Assembly: GCA_905178155.1 (NCBI GenBank)
Contig: CAJINV010000002.1
Location: 7,160,743-7,224,742, forward strand
Reading direction: 5' to 3'
Length of the DNA stretch: 64,000 bases
DNA from: Amoebophrya sp. A120
Taxonomy: Eukaryota > Protista > Dinoflagellata
Of the stretch, positions 49,801 to 61,800 are shown in pieces (the first letter of the stretch is position 1; every line of letters starts with the position of its first letter). The notes under the pieces were generated by a model, which saw nothing but the letters and a program-made list of their open reading frames with translations, was not told where the DNA came from and did not search any database. The position numbers and the translations under genes were made by a program.

Positions 49801-52800
49801 GTCGAGGAGGTCAAGAAGTTCGAGAAAGAGATCAACTTGGAGAAACTCCGGATCTCCTCGGAAATTCGGGATTGCGACCAGGAGGACATTCGCGAGGAGT
49901 TGCGGATGGAACGGAGGAGACTAGACGTCTTAGACCGTGACTTGATCGACCACATGAGCGCTTTCCGGGAAATCGAACGGCAGGAAGACCGGATTACGCG
50001 ACGCATGAAGGAAAGCGACCCGGGCTTGGAGATTTCGCAGCCTGGTGGAGGAGATCATGGGCAGAAGACGAGGAACATAGGGGCATTGATGTTGAACAAA
50101 GCTGAAGCTCGTGATCACGATCAACAAGAAAGTGCTGGCGATCCTGCTCCAAATAAAGCTCCAAAAACCGCGGCCACTGCGGCGTTTTCCGGCCTGATGA
50201 CCATCCTTGCGCACAAGGTGGCGAGCAACAGTGACGTGCAGGGAGATGTGAAGACCGCTACGGAGAAAGCGAGCGGGAAGATGAAGATGAAAATGACCGA
50301 TGGTAGCTCTGACGACGAGAATCAGAACAATGATTCCAGTGGAGAACAAAGAAGCAAACAAGCTTCGTCCACGCAGCAAAAACGACTGACCATGCTGGAC
50401 CTGCTTCGCGACCGACACATGCTGCAAAAACTCCTGGTCCACGCGCAACATGCGCTCTTCTCCCGGCGACAGCTGCTGCAGAAAGTCCGGCGACAGAACT
50501 TGCGAGCGCCCAAACCGGATCGCCTGCTAGACGTTCTGTGCGACGAAGAGGTTCGGTCGATTGATTCCCAGTTCCGCTGGCACCACGAGCTGGAGGCGAA
50601 CATGCAGCAATCGTTGCAGCCGAGACTGTTTTCCGCACTGGATGCGACGACAATCTCGACGGTAAAGCAGCTCGAGCAGTACGAAATGATCACGGCCGAT
50701 TTCCTGTACCAGTTGAACCTCCGTCATCGCCTGATTTCTAAGCGCGCGGAGTTCCGGATTCCCATCTGGGCGGAGCTGGAAACTTCGACCAGCTTTCCGG
50801 AAGCGTTTATTCCAGACGAAATGGGAATCGACGCGATAGGAGATCGTGGAGGAATAGAACTACAAGAAAACAGCAGCGAAAAGCTTCTTGAGCATGACTT
50901 GGTTACCACCTCTCTGAAACCACTGGACAATGTTCTGCTCCACATCGCGGACCACGATGCGCACTACGACGTACAGGAAATCATGGACGATGTCCAGGGT
51001 GCGGACGAGAAGCACGGCAAGCAGATGAATGGCCTCGTGAAGTTGGGGAATCAAGCCCCGGAGGGAGAGCAGCAAGGAGACGGCGCAGCAGCACAGCCGA
51101 AAATGAAATCCGAAGAAATCGTCAAAGCGGAGGAAGAGCTCGCGAACTTGCGAAAAGAGGCAGAAAAGTTGTTGCAGGATAAGACGTATCCTGTGCAAAA
51201 CTACCATACTTGGTATGAAGAATTCAAATTGCAGTCATGCGACCTGATATATAAAAAGTAGTCTCTTTCCAGAGCATTACAAATGCCATTTTTCACAAGT
51301 TCATTTTTTTTGATGCAATTTAGTAGCTTGAAGTATGACACTTTTGCCATGCATAGCACTCTCCCGGCGGAGGAAAGAAAGAAGAAGTGGCTGGAACTGA
51401 TGGAGCACGAGATGGACGCGGAGAAGCACCTGGAAGCGGTGCAGGCGAAGGTAAAACTGCTGGAAGTACATATCCTATTTAAAAATGTCCCTACCCCATA
51501 GTTGTAATGCAAATCTGCATGCTGAAAATGTTTCTCATGCGGAGCCCCATGAGAACCATTCTCTAGTCGTGTTTTGAAATTTGTCATGCTCCAATCAGCA
51601 TGGTATGCTAGATCTGTGATGCTGCTCAGCTAGCTCAAACAGCACTACACTACGAATCCAAATTTGTCATGCAAAACAGCCAAAACTTGTGGATTTGTCT
51701 AGCCGATTCCCCATCTTGCCTATGGTGTGGGGACGTTTTTACTCAGGATACTACACCAAGGGGGAGAGGACGGGGATCCGCACTCTTCCACAACAGATAT
51801 GGAGAAAAAGATGCAGGATTTGGTGAACAAAGACGGACAGGAGCCAGAGATGAAAGAAGAATCTACCGGCGCCAGCCTGCAGGGGCTGATGACCGTTTTG
51901 GCCATGCGGGTGAAGCAGTCCGCGGCCGTCGCGAAGGCGGAGGAGGAGGCGAAAACTCAGCACGCGAAAGAGGTGAAAAAGTTCAACGAGAACCGGGTAA
52001 TGTCGGCCCTCGCGGACTTCTCCAAGGCGAATAAGGGTGCGGCGGTGCTGCACGCGAAGGCGTTAGACGCACTTTCTAGTGCGGCTGACTATGGGAAAAA
52101 TGACCGAATTGAGGTGCTGAAAGCCGTCACGACCATTAGTAAGCAAGAGGCGGAGGCGGTGAAGAAGTTTAAGTTGAAGGAAAGAATCAAATCCCTCTTG
52201 GTGCCAAAACGGGACCCGAATTACGTTGCGAAAGAAGGCGAAGGAACCGAAGCGCTAGAAGAGAAAGACGTGTTTTACCAGTTTATGACGGGGGAAACCG
52301 AGAAGAAAATCGCTGAAGCGTTGGCCGCGGAATCACTCACCGAGCACGTCGAGACCGATGTCGGCCGCCTGGCGAATTTGAAACTGAAAACGCAGGCGAA
52401 ACTGGCGAAGTTGCGGAAAGAAATGAACGAAACCGCGAGGAGCAAGAAGGAAGACGAGGAACAGGCGAAACAGACCGCGGAGCAAGAGAAAAAAACCGCG
52501 GAGCAAGAGAAAAAAACCGCGGAAATACTGGAACACGCGAAACAAAGAACCCTGGAGCGCAGCAAAGGGAATCAGTTAGACATTGAAGAACAGAAAAACA
52601 ACCTCGCGGCTTTTGCGATCTTGAAAGACCAAGAACACACAATCGAAATGATTTCCAAAGAAGCACAGCAGGTGACCACTGCTTTCGCGGGTTTCTTGTC
52701 CGATTGGACGGAGAAGGTGACCGACCTGTTTGAGGATGAGGAGGTGCTGAAGGAGAAGCAAAAGCGGATCGAGGAGGCGAAAAAGCGAGTATCGGAAAAA

Positions 52801-55800
52801 ATCGACGACTTGGAAAAGCGCGAAGAGGAACTTGCCGCGGAAATTAAGAAACGAAAAGAGCAATCCACGGCGCAACTCCTCCTTTCCGTCCGGTCAGTGA
52901 AAGTGAAGAACGCGTTCCAGGAGATGATGAAAAAAAAGAAGCAGTCGATGAACGCGTCGGAGCAAGACGAACTGGAGAAGCACGGCGATTTTTTGTCAAA
53001 GGTCGCGAATCGAATGGCCTTATCCGGAGGAATTTCGGCAACGGATAAGAAAAAATCAATCGAAGACCAGAAGCGGAAGCAGGAGCTAAAGACCCTTCTG
53101 AAGACGAAACTTACCGCGGTCAAGGACGAAGTGAAGATCAAATCCATTTTCGGAAAGATGACGGGGCAGGATTCCAAAGTGCGATTTGAGGACGATGCGT
53201 TGTTCGACGAATCTTTCGAATTACAGACTAAATTAGACGAAGAACAGCGAGCGAAAATGTCGTACCAGCAGCTCGCCGACACGAAGGACGCGCTGAAAGC
53301 GCTCGCGTCGGAAGCAAGACGAATCGGTCTGATCCAGTTCCTACTTGCTTTGAAGCGCGGCTCGTTATTTTCCGCTTTGTGGGGGGAAGAGGAGTTAGAG
53401 TTGAAATACCCGAGGACCGGGAACCAGCGGGGCACGAAGCAAGCGGCGTTGCGAAACGCGGATCAATTGCAGGAGGTCGAGGCTGTGTTCAAAGTTCTCG
53501 TTAAGGAGATGGTGTTCCGGAAAAAGGAGAAGCAAAGCGTAAGGGGGAAGAAGCTCGCTAAGCTTGACACTGATTTGGAGTTGGCGAAGAGTGAGTTGAA
53601 GCAAGCGGAGGAGGATTTTGTCAAAGAGAAGGAAAAGCTACAACGGCAAGAATCTTCCGGGATGAACACGAGCAACAAACAACTCCAGGTCGAGGTGGCG
53701 GAGAAGCTGAATAAATTCGAAATCGAGTACAAAGCGAATACGACGAAGCTTCTCCGGAAACAGGGCCAGCTAATCAGTGAGAAGAAACAGATCAAGGGGG
53801 ACCAATTCGCCGAAAGGTCCGAGAGGGAAGAGGTTCTGGACCACTTCTTAGACTACTTGCGAGCTGTTTTGTACCACTCTGGCGAGACGACCGGGCTGTT
53901 TCTAGCGACGTTTCAGAGCAAGAAGGAACTAGCGGAGTCGGAGTCGAAAATTGTAGAGGAAGATAGCGCGGCGGCCGGGGCTTTGAACGGCAACAAGGAC
54001 AAGAGTTCCTCTGAAAACAGCAGTTCCTTTTACCAATCTGACGACTACAAAGCGGAAGCGGCTTTGGACCTGATCCTTCAATACTTGGAGGATTACTACG
54101 CCGATCTCATCGCAACGAAGGAACAGCTCGTGCCGAAGACGAAAAACTACTGGCGTGAGCAGGTGAAAAAGCAGAAAAGGTCCACGCTTTCCGAAAGGCT
54201 TCTGCGCAGAGACGTCGGACTGCGGGAAAACTTGTCGGGAGTGGGAAGTAGCAGTTCTTTCGGAGGGCAAGCGGTGGAGGAGGAGGTCAGGAAGTTGCTA
54301 GATTCGAACCGGAAGGAGAAGAAGGAGGTGATCCAAGAGGCGCTGGAGGTGTTCGATCAGAAGACGATCGAAAATCAGACGGGCGAGTTTGTGGAGAAGC
54401 CGTTTGTGACCTATTTGAATGTTCTGAGTCGGAACACTTCGGAGGAGCTCGTTGCGAAGCTCGCGTCCTCGTCGAGCGGTTCGTTTTTCTACAGCAGTAG
54501 GCAATTGTTCGAGCCGAATGTTGCGGAGTTACTGTCTTTAATCCTCCCCTTTTCCGCGGGGGAAAGACTGGAGTTCGATGCCGTCACCTTACATCAAGAC
54601 TTGGAGCAAAAAGCGTACCAGATCTGCGTGAAAGTCTTCGAGGAAACAGACAGCGGGAAAACGGAGATCTTGCTTCTCTGCGACTTGTTTTCCCAGCTCC
54701 TCGGCAGGGAGAAGCAGTCCTGTCGGGAGCTGGCGCGGAAAGTCATCGTGCGGAAGATCCTGTTGTCTAACCCGCAAGAAGTGCTGGAACAGATAACGCC
54801 GGAGACTTTAGAAAATACTAACCAAAACAGCCCGGATGTTGACCTACAGGGGGATTTTGCCTACCTCGACCGAGTGACGCCGGATTTCACGAGTTCGAAC
54901 GCGAATGGGGTCGGGGAAACCGCTGCAGGTGGATCTTCGTACATGCAAAAGCAGAATAGCCATCTGCACGAATCCTTCGGGCGGCTGGCGATGGCGTTGG
55001 TGTTTGGCCGTTACAGGACGTACGTGGAGGAGTTGCATTGGAAGAACGTGGACGATGTGATTGAAGAAGGTTCCGCTTTTCCAGAGGAGGAAATGAGTCG
55101 GGCAATGGTGAGACTGCGGGCTTTTGAGCAAGAATTTCTCATCCGGAAAACGCCCACCATGAAATTTGCGGATAATGGGCGGGGCGGGCAGAATGGCGGA
55201 GCTTCTGCGGATACGGATCATGTGAACGCGATGAACTCTCCGATGATGTACTACGGAGAGATGGAAGCGATCTCGTCGGGCAAACGAATGTTGAAAAAGA
55301 AGAAGCTGTCTAGCAATGACAGACTGGGATCATCATCGTCAGGATCCGCGCTTGGCAGTGGATTTGGAAATAGTGGTAAATCGAAAATGTTGAGTAAAAA
55401 GAAGCAAAAGAGCATGATTTTCTTCGGTCGTTCCGCGACGCTGGACCAACTCCCCGAGTACCCGACAGCGGTTGTCCCCGGGAGAGACGGCATGGATGAC
55501 TTTGTTTTCCGAGACGTACTGGGTTTGGATACCAGCAAACAGGGTGGTTTAATATCCCTCGCGTCGGGTGACGAAACGAAGTACCTTCTGGATTCCCACA
55601 AATTGCTGATCGCGACGGTTGCGCGGATGATGCGGGCATTGGCATTTTCGCTGGAGTACACCACTTTTTTGAAGCACAAGTTCCTGGAAAACCCGGATTT
55701 GCTGTCCAGCAAAACGGCGTCCGGGGCCTCGGATTTGAAGCTGGCGCGGAAGCATTTTCGGTTCATCCAAGATTTTAAGCGCGGGATTTTGGAAAGAGTG

Positions 55801-58800
55801 AACACACTGCAGATCCGGCTGGCGTTCGAATTCTTCTTCAAGACAGACGTCGCGGACAAATACATCGACTTGGAGCGGAAATCGCTGGGCGAGCCGGTGC
55901 CGGTTTTCTCGGAAAATTACCCGAACGCGTACGAGTTTCAGGTCTTTGGATCGGGCGAGGCGCTGTTCTTCGCGAACCAATTTAGGAACGCTTTGCCGGT
56001 CATTTTGAACTGCGACGAGAACACTTCCAGATTGCGGAAGGCGAACAAAGCGGAGCAGGAAGGAATGCGGGCGCAGTACGGGGGAAGAGGTGCTGGTGGG
56101 GGCAAGAAAATGAAAGGCGCAGGAGGAGTTAGTGAAGTTGATGACCGAGGAGGGTCGAATAGTAGAGCGTCGGGGGATCAAACTTCTTCCTCCAAAACAG
56201 AACAGCACCAGCAAGACGGCACGTTGGCCACCGATCCAAATCAAGACTACGCCTCGATGTTTGCGGAGTTTGTCACGGCACAGGCGGAGGGGTTACGAAG
56301 GAACCACCTGATACTTCACGACAGCGACTATTTTGGCTACCTCCCGACAGACCGCGACAGCAAGAACAGCCACGAGCCCCTGTTTCAGGTTTCGGACCTC
56401 ATGCCTTTCGTCGAAGCAGTGAATCAATTTTCTTTGCAGGCGGTGCAAGTCCAAGATCTGCTTGTCCTGTTGGCCCATGGCGGGGAGGAGTGGTCTTTGC
56501 GGCATCAGCAGAACATCAGTCATCAACAAACGGCGCAACAAGCAAGAACCTCCGACAGTACCGCGGCAGCGGAGTCACTCAAACAACTTTCGGACCAGAT
56601 GCGGAACTCGAAATTTTTCGAATTCTTTCTGCACGAGACGGAGGTGGTGCGACTCCCGGAGGAAAGGTGGCGCGAGGCCGGGGACCCACTTTTAGAGACG
56701 GGGGAATTCGACTCAGATGGTTCGAGCTTCGAAGAAGTGGAAGTAGAAGCGAACAGTTCTCCCGGGATCAAGAAAACCAATGGTACGGCGGCCGCCCCGG
56801 TCTTGTTCATGAATGATGCTGATTATGGTCCGCCTGCGCCGGGCACGCAGCCGCAATCAACACGAGGTCGAGCAGGGCTAGCTGTTTTTTCTTCACGCGT
56901 AGGAGCTGGTCCGACAGCCAACACCGGAATTTTGAAACACGATGAAGATACAACTACAACAAACAGCGAGAAAAAGTTTCGCTTCCCACCGTCTTCTTCT
57001 GCAGCACGTAGTACCTCCCGTGCGAGGGATAGGTTAGCACATCCGGAGAGCACGATGAAGATGAAACAAACGCCAAGTTTTTGCGCGTCGCCCTTCTCCT
57101 TGCTTTTCTCAAGTCAGCAAGCTGCGACCACGCAGGCTGAAGTTCGTGAAGATGACGACGACTTGACAAGCGAAGTGCAAGCGCTCGATCATAATTCATC
57201 CGACGACGAAGGAACAAGTGGCCGCGAAGGAGTAGTAGACCTGTCCCCCGGCGATTCCCTAGTCTACGGCCTAGAGGACGATGTTGAGGCTGGGGACCAT
57301 GATGACAGCAATGGTTTTCATCCGAAGTACGCCGAGCGGGTGGGGGCTGGAAGCTACAACTCCAGTCCCTACCGTCTCCTCTCCTCGAGCACAGGAGCTT
57401 TGCACTCTACATCGTCACTTCGACCGAATTTCCTCTTCTACAACGACAGCAACACGAGTACAACCGCCCAGAAAATCTTTTTCATCGACGAAAAGACCAT
57501 TCCGAAACCGCCTTCCGAACCCGTCCCCTTCCTGTACGGCATGCTCAGCGCCAGTTTGTCTTCCAGCAAGTACCGGGAATTCGGGATTTCCGGTTGGGAG
57601 CAGCGGTCCATTGACAAAGATGTCGTACTGGCGGACGAGTCGGAGATATCCGGGACGGACAAAGTCCGACAATTATTCGGTATCAAACTGGACTGGCGGA
57701 AGTTTCCGATCGTTTTAGTTACCGAAGTGGACGAAAAAACGCCAGACGGGTCGGACAACTCCCGGGCGACGAAGGGAGGCATCGTGGTCGGGGATATGCT
57801 GGTGTTGATCAACGGCGAGCGAATCACCACCGTCGCGCAATTGCGGATCGATCCCGCCACCGAAAAGAAAAACGCCCATCCGGACAGCGTCTTGATTTCC
57901 ATGGTGGCGAAGCGGGTGAAGGCGGAAAAGGCGACCATTTGCTCCTGGCTGTTCCTGCGGAAGAAATACCAGTGCCAACTGCGGCAAATTTCCTACAAAC
58001 CGGGAACGGATGGGGAGTTCGGGATTACTAGGTTTCTCGACAACAGCTGCGAGATCTCGGAAGTATCGGATACCTCGAGCGAGCAAAATTGGGCGAAGAA
58101 AAACGAAGTCAAAGTGGGAGACTCGGTATTGTTTTTCGACGCAGATTTTTTGCTCAAGAGACCGGAAAAGCTCTCTCTACCCGCGACCACAGCGAAGAAC
58201 TCGGTGGAAGTGCTGGTGTTTCGCAAAATGCCCGGCTTTGACAAAAGACTCAACGAATCCAACGTGGCGAGACCACTATCTCCGACGTGGGAGCAGCTGA
58301 TCCAGAGATTCACGTCGAAGTGGGAGGTTGGAACAGGTACAAGTACTGGCGGTGGAAATGCAGCAGCCTCAGCAAGCTTCGCAGGAAACAAACCAGCGAT
58401 CACTTCCTCTCTCGCGGCGTCCGCGTCTTCGTCCAGTTCCGTAGTTCCTTCTTCCCTCAAGCGGGTCTGCAACCGGTCCGCGCCTCCCTCCACGCAGTTC
58501 CTATACGCGATTCTCGCGGCGTCCATAAAAGCCGATAAGTACGCCGATTTCGGCATGTCGGGGTGGCAGCAATCCAGTGTCGATGAGCAAGTGCTCGACG
58601 ACGAGCAGCTCACTTCTGACGAGAAGATGATGAAATTGTTCGGGATCACACTCGACTGGCTGAATTTCCCCGTTGTCACGGTTTCGAAACAAGAAGCGGC
58701 GAACGCAAACGGGGAAAAAACGCGGGCCGCGAGCGGGAACATTGTCGAGGGGGATATGCTTTTACTGTTGAACGGGGAACTATGGAAGCGTCAGGATTGA

Positions 58801-61800
58801 AATCGTCAAAGTTGAAATAATTTGTAATGCATAAAAAGCGACGCAAAAAGTGACTCTATTGCAGAGGACCCACGGGAGGCAGATTGTAGTCCTGGTAAGG
58901 GTCAAAAGTTGGACTGCTAACTACCATGACAGAAGGCAGCTCTTTTGCCCTAAACCGCATGACAGACTCGCTTTCAGGACAGGGAAAATCTGTCATGCGC
59001 CGACTACAAACTGTAGGTCTAACGTGTATGCGTTTTATGCATGACAAATTATTTCAACTTTGTCGATTTCAACTCTGACACATCCATAGGAACGAGTGAC
59101 GACCATTGCGCAGCAGTCCTCCACGACTTTCCCAGACCCGAACGAGGCGGTGTTAAGTTTGGTCCGGAAGCTACGTATTGCAAAAGTATCGTACTAGTAG
59201 AAATCGCATTACAAATTCGGCCAGCATGACAAATGGAATCTGTAATTCGGGTTTAACTTGACAAAAAAATTTGTAATGCATAAATGCGATTGCTACGAGT
59301 ACGATACTTTTGCACAGGATAGAAGCAGGTAGTCGAAAAGCAGAAGAAGGCCCAGTTCATCTTTTTCCGGAAGAAGTACCAATCTACTTTGATCCAATTG
59401 CAAGTGACGGAGGAGGACGCGAAAAATTTTACCACTTGGGGTATCACTGTCTCTGAAAAGGCGAAAGTGACGGAAATTGAGGAAGGGATAGAGGAGGAGA
59501 CCTCTTTTGCGAAGTCCAACAGTTTGCAAGTGAACGATCAACTGATCATTATCGACTCCGATTTTGTCTTCGCGAAACCGGACAAGATGCAGGCGTATCT
59601 GGACAAGAATAACGGAGAGCCTGGCTCGGTCATGAAGGCGGGCACGCAAATTTTGGTGAAAAGACTGCCGCCAGGGTTTCCGGAAGCGTTGAGAATACGG
59701 GAGGCAAATGTGGAGCGGGCGTTGTCGAGTAAGTGGCAGAAGTGGGTCAACGAGAAAGCCGCGTCGAGTGGCGGACAAGTTCAGCTGCCGGGTGCTGCTG
59801 CTGCTACGACGGTTGCAGCTGATGCTCAGGAAAAAGAGCCGGCACCGGCACAGTCGATGACAAAGTCAATGTTGGTGGGAGGAGTCTCCATGAAGGGAGG
59901 GGAGGAGTCGATGACAAAGTCAACGAAGGAGAAGTCTCCATTTGCGTCCATGGCCGAGCCAGCGCCGTCGATGACGAAGTCGATGTTGATGGAAAAGGAA
60001 AAATCTCCGTTCGCCTCAATGGCCAAAGCGAAGGAAATTATGAAAAAGGAAGAAGAAAAGCCAAAGCCAGGTGTGCCTGCTGCAGGAGCGGAAAATACAG
60101 CTGAGAGGACAGCAGTAGCTCCAGCTGCTGCTGCCTCGTCACCTGGAGCTCCTGCCGCTTCATCCTCCGGTCATCTCTCTCGTCGTGTGAAAGACACGTC
60201 TTCCCCACCTACGACCCAATTCCTGTACGGGATTCTCGCTGCGAGTCTGTCCGGGAGCCAGTACGCAGACTTCGGGATTTCCGGCTGGCAGCAGTCGTCG
60301 ATCGACGAAACTGTTTTGGACGACACAAATTTGACTGCGGATGAGAAAATGATGAAGCTGTTCGGCGTCCACCTGGACTGGATCGATTTCCCCATCGTGA
60401 CCGTTTCGAAAATGCAGGAGAAAAACGAGAATGGCGAGCCAACTCGAGCGGCGAGCGGGAAAATTGCGGAGGGGGATTTGTTGTTACTGATCAACGGAGA
60501 ACGGGTCACGACCGTCGCGCAACTGGAGAAGCCGGCGGACGGGAGCCCCCCGCCGGCACATCCGAACGACGCGGTGTTGGCCATGATAAAGAAACAGATC
60601 GTGACCAAGCAAAAGAAGGCACAACTCTTGTTTTTCCGAAAAAAATACCAAGACACGTGGTTTCAGTTCCAGGTGACCGACGAGGACAAAAAGAACCACG
60701 CGCACTGGGGCTTTCTCGCCGCGAACGGGAAGGTGAGTGAGATTTTGAACGCACCGACGGAGAACAAGAAGCACAATGACCCGGAGCACCCCTACCATTC
60801 TTGGGCCGCGAAGAACAAACTCGAGGTGAATGACAAGATCCTCTTCGTCGACGCCGACTTCATATTGAAAAAGCCGGAGAAATTGGACCAACTGCTGCTG
60901 GATCACCACCAGAACCCGGAGTACGACTTGCCCATGAAGCACAAAGCCGGGACGCAGGTCTTGGCCTTTCGGAAGCCACCCGGGTTCCCGGCTGCGCTCC
61001 GGGTCAGGGAAAGCGACGTGGAGCGGAAATTCGGGCGGAGGTGGGAAAAAGCGGTCGGGCGGGTGGAAAGCGACACAGTACAACATCAGCACAAGGAAGC
61101 CGTCAGCCCGGCGAGCGCTTCCGCTGTAGTGAAACCGGAGCCAGAATCCATGAAGTCGTCTACAGCAAAGACTTCTGCGGGTGAAAGTGCTGCGGCAGAG
61201 CCAGAAGTAAAAGCGGCCGCCAAGACGAGCGAGGCTGTAGAGAGAAAAGACGGAGACCAAGGAAAAGCTCCTTCCACAACGGCCACAATGAAGGCGGAGC
61301 TTGAAGAGGAGCCAGACGACGCTTTTTCCCTCCTCGCGAAAGACAAAGAAAAACTTTCAACCACCTATACTGGGTTGAAGTTGAAGGAAAAGCAAACCCC
61401 AACCCCGATCTTTCACTACGGTCTACTTGCGGCGAGTCTGTCGAGCAAACAGTACGGGGAGTACGGTTTCACGGGTTGGGACCAGAAGACGATTGACGAA
61501 AAAGTTTTGAGCGACGACAGCCTGTCCACAGAGGATAAAATGTTCAGGCTGTTCGGCCTGACCCTGGACTGGTCCGGTTTTCCCATTGTCCGCGTGAAGA
61601 AGCTGGATTCCGCGAACAAAACCGCGAGGGCGGTGAACGCGGGGGTGGATCTCGGTGCGATGTTGCTGCTCGTGAACGGGGAGAGAATCACTACAATCGC
61701 ACAGCAGGTGAAGGAGTACCCGAAGTCGCCGGACCAAGCCATTCTCGGACTCTGCCAAAAACGGTTTGAAGCCGGGAAGCGGATGGCGTTTTTGTTCTTG

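Noticed and set aside
43840-59321. Pseudogenes disrupted by transposon insertions
   Set aside because: Exons stay open and in frame after element removal and NAP1 motifs are intact; no other frameshifts or stops were seen.
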